Notes: generated by a model from the letters alone, not told the origin. A stretch of 64,000 bases of DNA from an uncultured delta proteobacterium (GCA_963812015.1 CAWETI010000002.1:864001-928000), one strand, 5' to 3'; shown: positions 10,352-19,385, counted from the stretch's first letter. Numbers and translations: made by a program.

Positions 10352-11287
10352 TTAGCCCCCTCCCCCAATCTTCCTTCCCGCCGCCTCCTCCTCCGGGACG
10401 GCCCGGATGGCGTGGGAGGGGCAGGCGGTCATACAGATGAGGCAACCCTTGCAGTGCTCATAATCTATCTGGGGGTAACCGTCGGCGTTCAGGCTGATGA
10501 CGCCGTCGGGGCACAGGGTGCTGCAGATCCAAGCACAGCGCTTGCAGTGATGATAATCGATCACCGGGCGCACAGTGCGCCAGAGCCCGGTGGGCACCTG
10601 TTCGCTGGTGGCCGGGGCCAGGATGATGGGGGCCGAAGTCCCGGCGTCGTCAAAGGGCAGATCGATCCACTTGGGTTTCTCGTAGGAGTCCGCCGGGGTT
10701 TCCGGGGCTTCGGTCACGCACCCGGCGTGCTCCGCCACCAGATCAAAGGCCTCAAGGGCATGCTCCAAGTTCCTGGCAATGACGGCTTCTCCCAGGGGGG
10801 CCAGTTCGTCGCGCATGGCCTGGGCCAGGGAGTCCCGGCGAATGACCCCCACCAGCCGGGCCGCGGCGCCGGTGCAGGAGGCGCCGGCAAACCGCAGTTC
10901 GAGTCTATCCGCCGGTTCGGCGGCCGCCGGCAAGGTCAGCACCAGCCCCGAAAAATTTAACCGTTCCTTCCAGACTTCAGGTGGGTGGGTGCTGCTGATG
11001 AGCAGAACCGTGTGGTCGGTAATCCCCGACAGAACGCCTGCGGCAGGGATCAGCACGAGGGTGTCATCCGCCACCATGACCAGGTCCGGTCGACGGATAA
11101 TGCCACGTTCATTGATTATGCTCCGAGAGGCGCGGACATAGGCAAATATGGGTGCGCCCCGACGTTCTGCACCATAACGGGGGGCATCCTGGACTTCAAA
11201 ATCTTCCAGAAAGAAGGCCGTGCCCAACATACGGCTCGCGGTCTTCATACCCTGGCCCCCGCGGCCGTGAAAGCGGATGCGATACAT
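10352..11287 (-). CDS. Fused gamma/delta subunit of 2-oxoacid:ferredoxin oxidoreductase
   Basis: RFHGRGGQG and YGAERRGAP N-terminus; TGLWR..RP followed by two 4Fe-4S motifs at the C-terminus. Confidence 0.9.
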   Translation of the reverse strand: MYRIRFHGRGGQGMKTASRMLGTAFFLEDFEVQDAPRYGAERRGAPIFAYVRASRSIINERGIIRRPDLVMVADDTLVLIPAAGVLSGITDHTVLLISSTHPPEVWKERLNFSGLVLTLPAAAEPADRLELRFAGASCTGAAARLVGVIRRDSLAQAMRDELAPLGEAVIARNLEHALEAFDLVAEHAGCVTEAPETPADSYEKPKWIDLPFDDAGTSAPIILAPATSEQVPTGLWRTVRPVIDYHHCKRCAWICSTLCPDGVISLNADGYPQIDYEHCKGCLICMTACPSHAIRAVPEEEAAGRKIGGGG

Positions 11288-11315
11288 GGTGCCTCCGCAA
11301 TTTTACGTGCGGCTC

Positions 11316-12440
11316 CTAAAAAATTGACCAGCGCTTGAAGGCCATAGCTTTCTTCACCCGCTGGACCGCGATACCCAGCGCCGCATCCCGGGGTAGGATC
11401 TTCTTGATCTTCGATTCTTCCAGCACTAACCGGGTATTGCGGCTCACCTTTTCCTTAATGACTTCGAAGACCGTGCTCTGACTCGCCCCCCGATACTCCA
11501 TGGCGGCGCAGATCACCCCGCCGGCATTGGCAATGAAATCCGGAACACAAAAGACGCCTCTTGCATGGAGGATTTTTTCGGCGCCATAGGTAAAGGGGAT
11601 GTTGGCCCCCTGAACCACGAGCTTGGCCCTGAGGCGGTGCACATTCTCTTCATTAACGACATCGGGGCGCGCCGCAGGAATCCAGATGTCGCAATCGAAG
11701 TCGATTACCGCATCACGGTCAAACTTCTCTCCTCTGGGATAATCGGTCACGTTCTTGCCAGCTTCCTTCAATTTAATGAGTTCTCCCACATTAAGGCCAT
11801 CCGGATCATAGACCGACCCCTGGGAGTCCGCCACGCCCACCAGAACGGCTTGCTGCGCGGCGAGGAAACGAGCGGTATGCTTGCCCACCGCCCCAAAGCC
11901 CTGGATCACCACTCGGGCCCGTTCAAGCTTAAAGTCACAAAAGTGCCCGCAGTACTGGAGGGCCACCTCCGTCACATGACTCAGCCCCCATCCCGTGGCG
12001 CCGATTTCGTCCAGGGGTATGCCACCGACTTCCGTAGGCAGCCCCACCACCCGGCCGATTTCGTCTTTAACCCAAGCCATACACTCCTCGTCCGTGCCCA
12101 TGTCCGGGGCAAAGATGTATTCCCGCACCTCCCGCAAAGAGCAGGCCAAGGCCCGTATCAGGCGCTCCTTGTCTTGCTTGGGCATCTTCGGGTCGCCATA
12201 AAGCACCACCTTACCGCCCCCGTGCGGCAAGCCGGCAGCGGCATTCTTCAGGGTCATGGCTCTGGCCAGTCGGCAGCATTCTTCCGTAGTGACGTCGGGG
12301 GCCATGCGCACTCCACCGAGAGCTGGCCCGGCAGCCACATTGTCAACCACCAGCACTGCCTTCAGATTGATGGAGGGTTCATAAACCTGGATGATTTTGG
12401 CCGGGCCCAGGTCGTCGGCAAATTCAATAATATCAGCCAT
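11316..12440 (-). CDS. Glu/Leu/Phe/Val dehydrogenase
   Basis: GGVRM, MTLKNA..GGGK, APDMGT, IQGFGAVG, PDFIANAGGV. Confidence 0.92.
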   Translation of the reverse strand: MADIIEFADDLGPAKIIQVYEPSINLKAVLVVDNVAAGPALGGVRMAPDVTTEECCRLARAMTLKNAAAGLPHGGGKVVLYGDPKMPKQDKERLIRALACSLREVREYIFAPDMGTDEECMAWVKDEIGRVVGLPTEVGGIPLDEIGATGWGLSHVTEVALQYCGHFCDFKLERARVVIQGFGAVGKHTARFLAAQQAVLVGVADSQGSVYDPDGLNVGELIKLKEAGKNVTDYPRGEKFDRDAVIDFDCDIWIPAARPDVVNEENVHRLRAKLVVQGANIPFTYGAEKILHARGVFCVPDFIANAGGVICAAMEYRGASQSTVFEVIKEKVSRNTRLVLEESKIKKILPRDAALGIAVQRVKKAMAFKRWSIF

Positions 12441-12573
12441 GGGAGCCTCTCTCTTTCTTTTGACAGACCAATTATAAGGGATTTGGCGGCTAATGACGAG
12501 GAGCGATTGAGAAGACAGGTGCTTTTATTTTTTGAGCCGGCCTCATCTGTCATGGAGGATGAGTTTCGAGACC

Positions 12574-12702
12574 AGGCGGCGGCAAGGCCATGATTTTTTC
12601 CGCATTATGGCAGTAAGCGGCCACAAAACCATGAATGTCTTCAAGCGCTATAATACGGTGAGCAAGGATGCATTAAAGGCTTTAGTAGGGGAGAAAATCT
12701 GA
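12574..12702 (+). pseudogene. C-terminal remnant of a tyrosine recombinase/integrase
   Basis: Translates to RRRQGHDFFRIMAVSGHKTMNVFKRYNTVSKDALKALVGEKI*, containing the GH...RY box with the catalytic Tyr; lies next to a tRNA 3' end. Confidence 0.75.
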
Positions 12703-12705
12703 TAA

Positions 12706-12728
12706 ATGGACACCATTATGGACACCAT
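12706..12728. repeat. 11-bp direct repeat, possible integrase arm-type sites
   Basis: ATGGACACCAT at 12706-12716 and 12718-12728. Confidence 0.55.
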
Positions 12729-12773
12729 GCAAAAAATAAGGGGTCAGCTTTTTCGCCAACCCCTTGAATTTTG

Positions 12774-12849
12774 TGGCTCCCCGGGACGGACTCGAACCGC
12801 CGACAAGGTGGTTAACAGCCACCCGCTCTACCAGCTGAGCTACCGGGGA
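12774..12849 (-). tRNA. tRNA-Asn (GTT)
   Basis: 76-nt cloverleaf TCCCCGG...GTT anticodon...TTCGAGT...CCA. Confidence 0.97.
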
Positions 12850-12863
12850 TTGTGAAGGCAATT

Positions 12864-12937
12864 TGGCTGGGGGACAAGGATTCGAACCTTGATAGGCAAC
12901 TCCAGAGGCTGCAGTCCTGCCGTTAGACGATCCCCCA
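12864..12937 (-). tRNA. tRNA-Gln (CTG)
   Basis: 74-nt cloverleaf TGGGGGA...CTG anticodon...TTCGAAT...CCA. Confidence 0.96.
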
Positions 12938-12950
12938 ACAGCACCTATTT

Positions 12951-12979
12951 TATATACGCAGGCCCAAGAAGTTTGTCAA
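12951..12979 (-). promoter_or_regulatory. Sigma70-type promoter of the tRNA operon
   Basis: TTGACA-17 nt-TATATA just upstream of tRNA-Gln. Confidence 0.6.
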
Positions 12980-13029
12980 GGGGGTCGGCGGCCTTGCCGG
13001 TCCCGGGGCGCCATCTCCGCCAGGGCCGC

Positions 13030-13154
13030 TGATGAACCCGGGCTCCTTCATAGGCCATGTCGCTCAAGAGGCTGACTACGCCCACCAGGATGATGAATTT
13101 CCAAGCCGCGGCTTTGCTAAGATATTCAGAGGCGGTTTCTGCCTTTTTGTCCAT
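13030..13154 (-). pseudogene. N-terminal stump of an MFS transporter
   Basis: AWKFIILVGVVSLLSDMAYEGAR is an MFS first helix; similarity is lost after about 40 codons. Confidence 0.65.
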
Positions 13155-13171
13155 AAGCCTCGGGAAAGGAT

Positions 13172-13618
13172 TCAGGTTAAAGAGCCGGCTTTGGTCAGCA
13201 ATGCCTTGATGTGGTCTAAATATTGGAGAATTCGATGGGCCTTGGGGTCAAGATAATCAACCAATTCTGGCGGCGGTTCGCCAAAACCTCCCAGATACTT
13301 GCCGGTCAGTTCCAGGACGTCCACCCAGAGAATGTAGCAATGCCCCTGTATGGTTTTGGCAATATCCTGAGAACCTGCTTCCAGGTGCAGATCATCCCGT
13401 AATTCCCGCATGATGCCGCGGATGCAGGCAATAGCGGCCAGTAATCCGGCTCGCCCATTGGGATCGAGATTATTCGTTTCGTGGTAAAGGACTGAGCGAA
13501 CTTCCCGCCCCTGGGCCCACTCCTCGAATTTAACTAAAGCTTCGTCGAGAAGGGTGAGTGTGATCCTGATTCGGCTGCGGTGTGCCTCGCTCAGGTTTGG
13601 AATAAATTCTGCCTGCAT
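13172..13618 (-). CDS. Hypothetical helical protein (148 aa)
   Basis: Intact ORF packed in the operon downstream of the USP gene. Confidence 0.7.
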   Translation of the reverse strand: MQAEFIPNLSEAHRSRIRITLTLLDEALVKFEEWAQGREVRSVLYHETNNLDPNGRAGLLAAIACIRGIMRELRDDLHLEAGSQDIAKTIQGHCYILWVDVLELTGKYLGGFGEPPPELVDYLDPKAHRILQYLDHIKALLTKAGSLT

Positions 13619-13651
13619 TTTGCAGACTTCCTGCCAACAAGTGGGGCGCTA

Positions 13652-14071
13652 TTACCGCACGATAAGAACGCTGCACGGGGCATGGCGGCTCACCTTTTCG
13701 GCGGTGGTGCCCAGTAAGGCCCAGACCCCGGAAAGGCCGCTGTGGCCCACCAGGATCAGGTCGAATTTGCCCTCCTTGGCCACCTCGAGGATGGTCTTGG
13801 CCGGGTGGCCTGGGCGCATGTGGGTTTTGAGCTCTATCCCGGCTTCTTTCGCCTTCGCTTTGGCGGCCTCCAGCAACTTGCCATATTGTTCATCGGCAAA
13901 CTGCTTTTCTTCCTTGACCTCATCGATGGTGCCGCTGAAGCGGGGCAGTTTTTCTTGCACCGCCAGGACCCAGAGTTCGGATTGATGAATTTTGGCGAGA
14001 GTAATTCCGGCATTGAGCGCCGTGTCAGCGCCCTTGGAGCCGTCGTAGGCCAAGAGTATCTTCTGAAACAT
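13652..14071 (-). CDS. Universal stress protein
   Basis: KILLAYDGS, G.P...I, DLILVG..G, LGTTAEKV.RHAPCSVLIVR. Confidence 0.92.
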   Translation of the reverse strand: MFQKILLAYDGSKGADTALNAGITLAKIHQSELWVLAVQEKLPRFSGTIDEVKEEKQFADEQYGKLLEAAKAKAKEAGIELKTHMRPGHPAKTILEVAKEGKFDLILVGHSGLSGVWALLGTTAEKVSRHAPCSVLIVR

Positions 14072-14112
14072 TTCTCCCTCCCATTATTGCGGTCTAATAG
14101 AACCTTGACCCA

Positions 14113-15318
14113 TTACTCCTCTGGCATATGCAGGAAATTTTCCGAACTGCCAATATAACGTAACGACTCACTTTCAAAAGATTGAGCCTCGTGGGGGTAG
14201 AACCAGATTTGCCCGATCACGGTGGGGATTACTGCCGAGCCGATTACCGCGGTCACCAGGAGGGAATACTGGGCCTGGGTCACGTATCCATAGGTTAAGC
14301 CGTAAAGGGCGGAGATGCTGCCGAAGGTGAGACCGGTGGACATCATGCAGGTGGTATAATTGACCTGCCGCACCGGCATTCGGAAGAGACGGCAGGTGGG
14401 CCACACCGCGGCAACTTTGGTAATCATTTTGGACCAAAACAAGGCGAGCAATACGCCGAATCCTGCTATCAGGGCAGGCAAGGACACCAAGGTGCCTGCC
14501 TTGAGAAAAAAGAACGGGGTCAACAGGGCGAAGACGATAGACCGCATGCGCAACATAATCGCTTTATTATGGACAAATAATCCCGCCACCACGATGCCGA
14601 AGATATAAGCCGGCAGCACGGCTTCACTCCGGGCCTTGACCGACAGGGCGCCTAAGGCGACGAGAACCAGGAAAATGAATTTGATTTCCGGTTCGCTCAC
14701 CCGGCCGCCCCACGCCGCAAAGACCCGGCGGCTGATAGCTGGCATGAAACACAGAACCACCGTGGTCACTACGATAAAAATCACTAGCCAGTAATCATAA
14801 TTGGCGAAGATCAGCCCCAGGGCCAGCACCGTGCCCAGGTCATTCACGAAGCACGCGGCCAGGATTAGTTTTCCCAGTTCCGTTTCATTCAACCCCGTTT
14901 CCACCATCACCGCGTAGACTACGGCCATGGAAGTGGTGGACAGGGCGATGCCGGCAATCTGGGCGGCTTGCAGACTCCATCCGGCGATGTAGTAAGCGTA
15001 GGCCATACAACCCAAGAAAGGAGCGAGAAAAGCCACGGTGCCGATGGTGAGGCTGGGGATCAACTGCTTGCGGAAGGTCTCGGGTTCTATTTCGGCGCCG
15101 GCCAGAAAAGTCAGGACTACCGAAGCAAAGCCCGCCAGGAAGTTGATCCAGGCATTGGGTTGGAAAATGGCGGAACCGAAGTGGGCTCCCAGGTTGCCGG
15201 CGACAAACCCCAGGAAAATTTCCACCAGGGCCACGGAGATGCCGATGCGAATGGAGATGAGACTGGCCAGGAATGCCAGGCCGATCCAGGCCGTCGCGGT
15301 GTACCAAACGTGCTCCAC
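14113..15318 (-). CDS. Cation:proton antiporter (CPA2/Kef-like)
   Basis: About 12 hydrophobic helices, FLAGAEI, LSTTSMAVV, ACFVND; GTG start after a CAGGAG RBS. Confidence 0.88.
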   Translation of the reverse strand: MEHVWYTATAWIGLAFLASLISIRIGISVALVEIFLGFVAGNLGAHFGSAIFQPNAWINFLAGFASVVLTFLAGAEIEPETFRKQLIPSLTIGTVAFLAPFLGCMAYAYYIAGWSLQAAQIAGIALSTTSMAVVYAVMVETGLNETELGKLILAACFVNDLGTVLALGLIFANYDYWLVIFIVVTTVVLCFMPAISRRVFAAWGGRVSEPEIKFIFLVLVALGALSVKARSEAVLPAYIFGIVVAGLFVHNKAIMLRMRSIVFALLTPFFFLKAGTLVSLPALIAGFGVLLALFWSKMITKVAAVWPTCRLFRMPVRQVNYTTCMMSTGLTFGSISALYGLTYGYVTQAQYSLLVTAVIGSAVIPTVIGQIWFYPHEAQSFESESLRYIGSSENFLHMPEE

Positions 15319-15348
15319 TTTATGCTCCTGAAACCGGTGCGGGGTGTA

Positions 15349-15386
15349 AATAAAAAAGGCCCTGACCCACACCCGGTGAGATCAGG
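15349..15386 (-). terminator. Intrinsic terminator acting as expression platform of the fluoride riboswitch
   Basis: CCTGATCTCAC-loop-GTGGGTCAGG followed by a T-tract, overlapping the aptamer 3' end. Confidence 0.7.
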
Positions 15387-15448
15387 AGCCATCAGTGTCA
15401 TCACGGTTCGGGCAGACTCTCCTCCACCCCGGCGGACTCCATCGCCTA
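15383..15448 (-). ncRNA. Fluoride riboswitch (crcB motif) 1
   Basis: GGCGATGGAGTCCGCC...AACCGTG..CACTGATGGCTCCTG fits the GGCGAUGGnGUUCGCC...GCUGAUGACUCCU consensus. Confidence 0.85.
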
Positions 15449-15534
15449 ATTTTAGCTAACCTTAACTCCAGTTGTCCTGATTGGTCAAGAAAAATATGCA
15501 TAAAGCAGAATCTCTGGAGAGGTCTCTTTTAAAG

Positions 15535-15564
15535 TTGACATAGGGGCGGTTTGCGAGCGATAAT
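15535..15564 (+). promoter_or_regulatory. Sigma70-type promoter for riboswitch 2 and the dynamin gene
   Basis: TTGACA-18 nt-GATAAT. Confidence 0.5.
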
Positions 15565-15578
15565 TTATAATTAAAGAA

Positions 15579-15633
15579 GGCGATGAAGTCCGCCTTAATT
15601 GCCCACGGGTGCCAGGTGGGCTGATGACTTCTG
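15579..15633 (+). ncRNA. Fluoride riboswitch (crcB motif) 2
   Basis: GGCGATGAAGTCCGCC-TTAATT-GCCCAC..GTGGGC-TGATGACTTCTG with compensated pseudoknot GAAGTC/GACTTC. Confidence 0.88.
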
Positions 15634-15661
15634 TCCATTTTAGGGGCAGAGGTTTTTTTTT
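15628..15661 (+). terminator. Intrinsic terminator acting as expression platform
   Basis: CTTCTGTCC-loop-GGGCAGAGG followed by a long T-tract, sharing bases with the aptamer pseudoknot. Confidence 0.75.
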
Positions 15662-15681
15662 GCCCGATTTAAGGAAGATGG

Positions 15682-17436
15682 ATGGGAACCTATCGACAAT
15701 TTCAAGAAGCTTTGGAACATCAGCTCGTTCAGTTGAGCAAGTTTCCGGAACTGAAGGGGCCGCACCTGGCCAGGCTTATCGACAAGCTGCGGGAAAATCG
15801 CTTTAATTTGGTGATCCTGGGAGCTTTCAAACGGGGCAAGAGCACCCTGATCAATGCCCTCCTGGGTGAGCCGATCTTGCCGACGGCCATCGTCCCCCTG
15901 ACCTCGGTCGTCACCGTCTTGGGATACGGCGATCAACTAAATATCGAGGTCCGTTTTCAAAACGGGTCCCGGAGAAAAATCTCCCAGCCGGAATTGGTGG
16001 AATATATCACCGAGAAGGGCAATCCCCGGAATCAGAAGGGGGTGAGGGAAGTAGAGATCACCTTTCCCTCGGATTATCTAAAGGACGGGGTGAGAATCAT
16101 CGACACCCCCGGGGTAGGGTCGGTTTATAGCCACAACACCGAAGTGGCCTATAATTATCTTCCCCAGGTGGATGCGGCCGTTTTTGTGGTCTCGGTTGAC
16201 CCGCCGCTCTCCGCCGCGGAACAGGATTTCTTGAAAGACATCCGGGAATATGTCCACAAACTCTTTTTTGTGCTGAATAAAATTGATTATGTGGGCGCGG
16301 CCGAGCGCCAAGAGGCCCTGGAATTTACGGCCCAGACATTGCAAGCCAATTTGGGGACGGAAACATTGGCGATTTTCCCCCTTTCGGCCAAATTAGCGAT
16401 GGACGGCAAATCCAATGGCCATCCCGAACTCCTGGCAGCCAGTTTGCTCCCCGAGTTTGAAAATCATTTGCGCCAGTTTCTCTATAAAGAAAAAGGGCGG
16501 GTGTTGTTGATTTCTTGCCTCAGCGGCGCGCTTAAGACCATCACCGATTCGACCCTGGCCCTCAAGGTGGAACGTCAGGCCGGCGCCATGCCCCTGAAGG
16601 AATTGGAAGACAAGATCACCCGGTTCGACCAGGAATTGCAAGGCCTGGAAAAAGAACGGGAACTGTCTTTGCTGCTGCTGGATGGTCGGATCAAGGGCGT
16701 GATCACCGAAGTGGAGGCGGACCTCGACGCCTTTAAGAAAGAGACCATCATCAAATTACGCCGGAAGATGGAGGAGGCTTTCCAGCAAAAAAGCCAGGCT
16801 GCCGGAGATTTGCGCCAGGAAACGGAGGAAATCCTGTTTGCGGCGTTGCGGGACGTATTCACCACCTGGCGGCGACAGGAAATCGAGAAACTCTCCCTAA
16901 AATTGGCCGATACCCACCAGGATTTCGCCACCCGCATCAATGCCATCCTGGAGCGTTTGACCCAATTGACCGCCCGTATCTTTGACTTTTCTCTCAGGGG
17001 CTTTGCCGCGGAGGAAGCCTTCCCCGATCTGCGCCAATTCTGGTTCAAATTTAAGGATGAACCGGTGGGGCTGGAAATTCTTCAAATGACCGTGACCTCC
17101 CTCCTGCCCCGGGCCTTGACCAGAGGCTTGCTGCTCAAAAAGCTGTTGGAAAATGTCGGCGAATTGGTGGATAAGCATTGCGGGCGGCTGCGCTACGATT
17201 TCCACCAGCGGCTCCAGGAAATTGCCCGAGATTTCCGCCAGACCTGGCTCGCCAAGATCGACGACACTACGCAAAGCATCCGGCAGGCCCTGGACCGGGC
17301 TTGGTCCCAAAAACAGACCAGCGCCCAGACTACCGCCGAGAGAATGGGTCAGCTTGATCAAAGCTTGACCGAAATCCTCCAGGCCGAATCGCAATTATTG
17401 GCCTTGAAGGAGCAGATTGAGGAAACCTTACAGTGA
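15682..17436 (+). CDS. Bacterial dynamin-like GTPase
   Basis: G1 GAFKRGKST, G2 PLT, G3 DTPG, G4 NKID, PLSAK, followed by a long helical coiled-coil stalk. Confidence 0.88.
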   Translation: MGTYRQFQEALEHQLVQLSKFPELKGPHLARLIDKLRENRFNLVILGAFKRGKSTLINALLGEPILPTAIVPLTSVVTVLGYGDQLNIEVRFQNGSRRKISQPELVEYITEKGNPRNQKGVREVEITFPSDYLKDGVRIIDTPGVGSVYSHNTEVAYNYLPQVDAAVFVVSVDPPLSAAEQDFLKDIREYVHKLFFVLNKIDYVGAAERQEALEFTAQTLQANLGTETLAIFPLSAKLAMDGKSNGHPELLAASLLPEFENHLRQFLYKEKGRVLLISCLSGALKTITDSTLALKVERQAGAMPLKELEDKITRFDQELQGLEKERELSLLLLDGRIKGVITEVEADLDAFKKETIIKLRRKMEEAFQQKSQAAGDLRQETEEILFAALRDVFTTWRRQEIEKLSLKLADTHQDFATRINAILERLTQLTARIFDFSLRGFAAEEAFPDLRQFWFKFKDEPVGLEILQMTVTSLLPRALTRGLLLKKLLENVGELVDKHCGRLRYDFHQRLQEIARDFRQTWLAKIDDTTQSIRQALDRAWSQKQTSAQTTAERMGQLDQSLTEILQAESQLLALKEQIEETLQ

Positions 17437-17553
17437 GGGCGCAGCTTTTGGTATAGACTAAAATTGTTTGTGAAAAAAGTAAGTTAGGCTTGACATCGGC
17501 AAGAATAACCTTACCTTTCGAGTAAATCACCTATTGATGCTAAGGAGGCGGCC

Positions 17554-17838
17554 ATGAAAGATTTTGATGAGGTTACCCGGGAAAAGGGCCTGCCCCGTGT
17601 GGGGCAGGAGGTGCGCAGCAAAAAATACGGCACGGTGTGGCGAGTCATGGAGAAAAAAGAGGTGTGGACCAATATCGAACCAGACCCCCAGACCGGCGAG
17701 ACCCGCATGCTCCCGGCTATTTATCTTTCATATTGGCAGGTCAAGGAAGGGGTGCGACCCGGCGTGGGGAAGATGATGGGCTTTGAATATACTCTCTATG
17801 ACAATACCTTTAGCGTCAATTGGGATATCGTGGAATGA
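17554..17838 (+). CDS. Small hypothetical protein
   Basis: AAGGAGG RBS, intact 94-aa ORF followed by a terminator. Confidence 0.7.
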   Translation: MKDFDEVTREKGLPRVGQEVRSKKYGTVWRVMEKKEVWTNIEPDPQTGETRMLPAIYLSYWQVKEGVRPGVGKMMGFEYTLYDNTFSVNWDIVE

Positions 17839-17875
17839 ATCGCCCTTTTCAACAATAGTCTCAGGTATTATAGTA

Positions 17876-17909
17876 GGGGCCAAGGCTTATGCTGGCGGCC
17901 CCTTTTTTA
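17876..17909 (+). terminator. Rho-independent terminator
   Basis: GGGGCC..GGCCCC stem followed by TTTTTT. Confidence 0.5.
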
Positions 17910-17965
17910 TGGAAAAATCAGCTGGATGAGCATCACCGCCATACCCTGCGGGAGGAAGACCACCT

Positions 17966-18601
17966 ATGACTGGAATTATTCTGGTGCGCCACGGCCAAAC
18001 CCCCTGGAACCTGGACAAGATTTTTCGGGGCTCCAAGGACATTCCCTTGAACGACCAGGGCCGGGAAGAGGCCCGGCTGGCGGGGGAGTTTCTTAAGGGG
18101 GAGACCATTCATGCGGCCTACACCTCCCCGCTGTCCCGGGCCCGGGACACGGGGGAGGCCATCGCCCGGCATCACCATCTACCGGTCGCGGACCTGCCGG
18201 GGCTCACCGACCTGTGCTACGGCGATTGGGAGGGCCTGCCCCTGGCGGAGGTCAAGGTCGCGTACGCCGACCTCTACCGCCGGTGGGAAGCGGCGCCGGC
18301 CACCGTCCGGTTCCCCAACGGCGAAACTCTGGACGAGGTGAAGGCCCGGGCCCTGGAGGCGGTGGAGGAGGTGCTGCGGCGCCACCCCGGCCAAATTGTC
18401 CTGCTGGCGGCCCACCGGGCGGTGAACAAGGTGCTCATTGCGGCTTTTATCGGCCTGGACAACTCGCACTTCTGGCGCATCGGCCAGGATACCACCGCGG
18501 TTAATCACTTTAACCGGGTGGGGGAAACCTGGCATATCATGGGGGTCAACGACACCTGCCACCTCCGGGGCCTCAAACGGGGGGAGTACGTGGATTTTTA
18601 G
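17966..18601 (+). CDS. Histidine phosphatase family protein (phosphoglycerate mutase-like)
   Basis: LVRHGQT, SPLSRA, GDWEG, PNGE, AAH motifs. Confidence 0.9.
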   Translation: MTGIILVRHGQTPWNLDKIFRGSKDIPLNDQGREEARLAGEFLKGETIHAAYTSPLSRARDTGEAIARHHHLPVADLPGLTDLCYGDWEGLPLAEVKVAYADLYRRWEAAPATVRFPNGETLDEVKARALEAVEEVLRRHPGQIVLLAAHRAVNKVLIAAFIGLDNSHFWRIGQDTTAVNHFNRVGETWHIMGVNDTCHLRGLKRGEYVDF

Positions 18602-18670
18602 GGGGCTCGGGATTGGGGGCTTTCGGCCCATGGTGTTTACTACAATCCTCTGCCTGCAAAAGTTTTTGCG

Positions 18671-18695
18671 GGGGCGGTTTGCGAACCGCCCCTAC
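18671..18695. repeat. GTAG-type REP-like palindrome
   Basis: GGGGCGGTT-TGCG-AACCGCCCC-TAC. Confidence 0.65.
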
Positions 18696-18866
18696 GGCTT
18701 TACGGCAATCCCAAAGGCTCATGAACGACGGTTAGGCAATTATAGCCTGCAGAAGCCGGGAATATTTTATAATCTGCTCTTGCAACCAGACAGAAGAGCC
18801 TTATTTAATGATGAAGATTTCATGCACCCCTCGTTATTAGGGCCATTCTAAAGAAAGGCAGGTATT

Positions 18867-19385
18867 ATGGAGAAATACAAAGAGCAGAAATGGAGCGGGC
18901 AGAAAGGCAAGAAGTTCGGCCACGCCGGGCGGCAGGAAGATTCCTATGAGCCCGAGGCAGGCCAGGAAGCCGCCCTCTGCACCCAATGCCGCGCTCTCTA
19001 CCAGGGCAAGCGCTGGTTTTTCGACCCGGAGCTCCGTGGACGCCTGGCCGGCACCGACAAGGTGCGGGAGGTGGTGTGCCCCACCTGCCGCAAGATCAAC
19101 GACCACTTTCCTGAGGGCATTCTCACCCTGGCCGGCGAGTTTTTTGGCCACCATAAAGAGGAGATCGTCAGGCTCATGGAAAAAGAGGCCACCCGGGTGG
19201 TGGGCCGCAGTGTCGCTGATCGGATCATTCGGATGGTCCCCGAAGGCGACAAGCTGGTGGTGGAGACCACCACGGAAAAAATGGCCCAGCACCTGGGCCG
19301 CACCGTTTACAAGGCGTATAAGGGCGACCTGCACTTCCGCTGGGGTGAGGTGGAGCGGTTCGTCCGGGTGAACTGGAGCCGGTAG
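18867..19385 (+). CDS. BCAM0308-family (NMD3-like Zn-ribbon) protein
   Basis: C..C.ALY..KRW, CPTCRKI.D.FPEG and TT.K.AQ.LG...AY.G pattern. Confidence 0.75.
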   Translation: MEKYKEQKWSGQKGKKFGHAGRQEDSYEPEAGQEAALCTQCRALYQGKRWFFDPELRGRLAGTDKVREVVCPTCRKINDHFPEGILTLAGEFFGHHKEEIVRLMEKEATRVVGRSVADRIIRMVPEGDKLVVETTTEKMAQHLGRTVYKAYKGDLHFRWGEVERFVRVNWSR

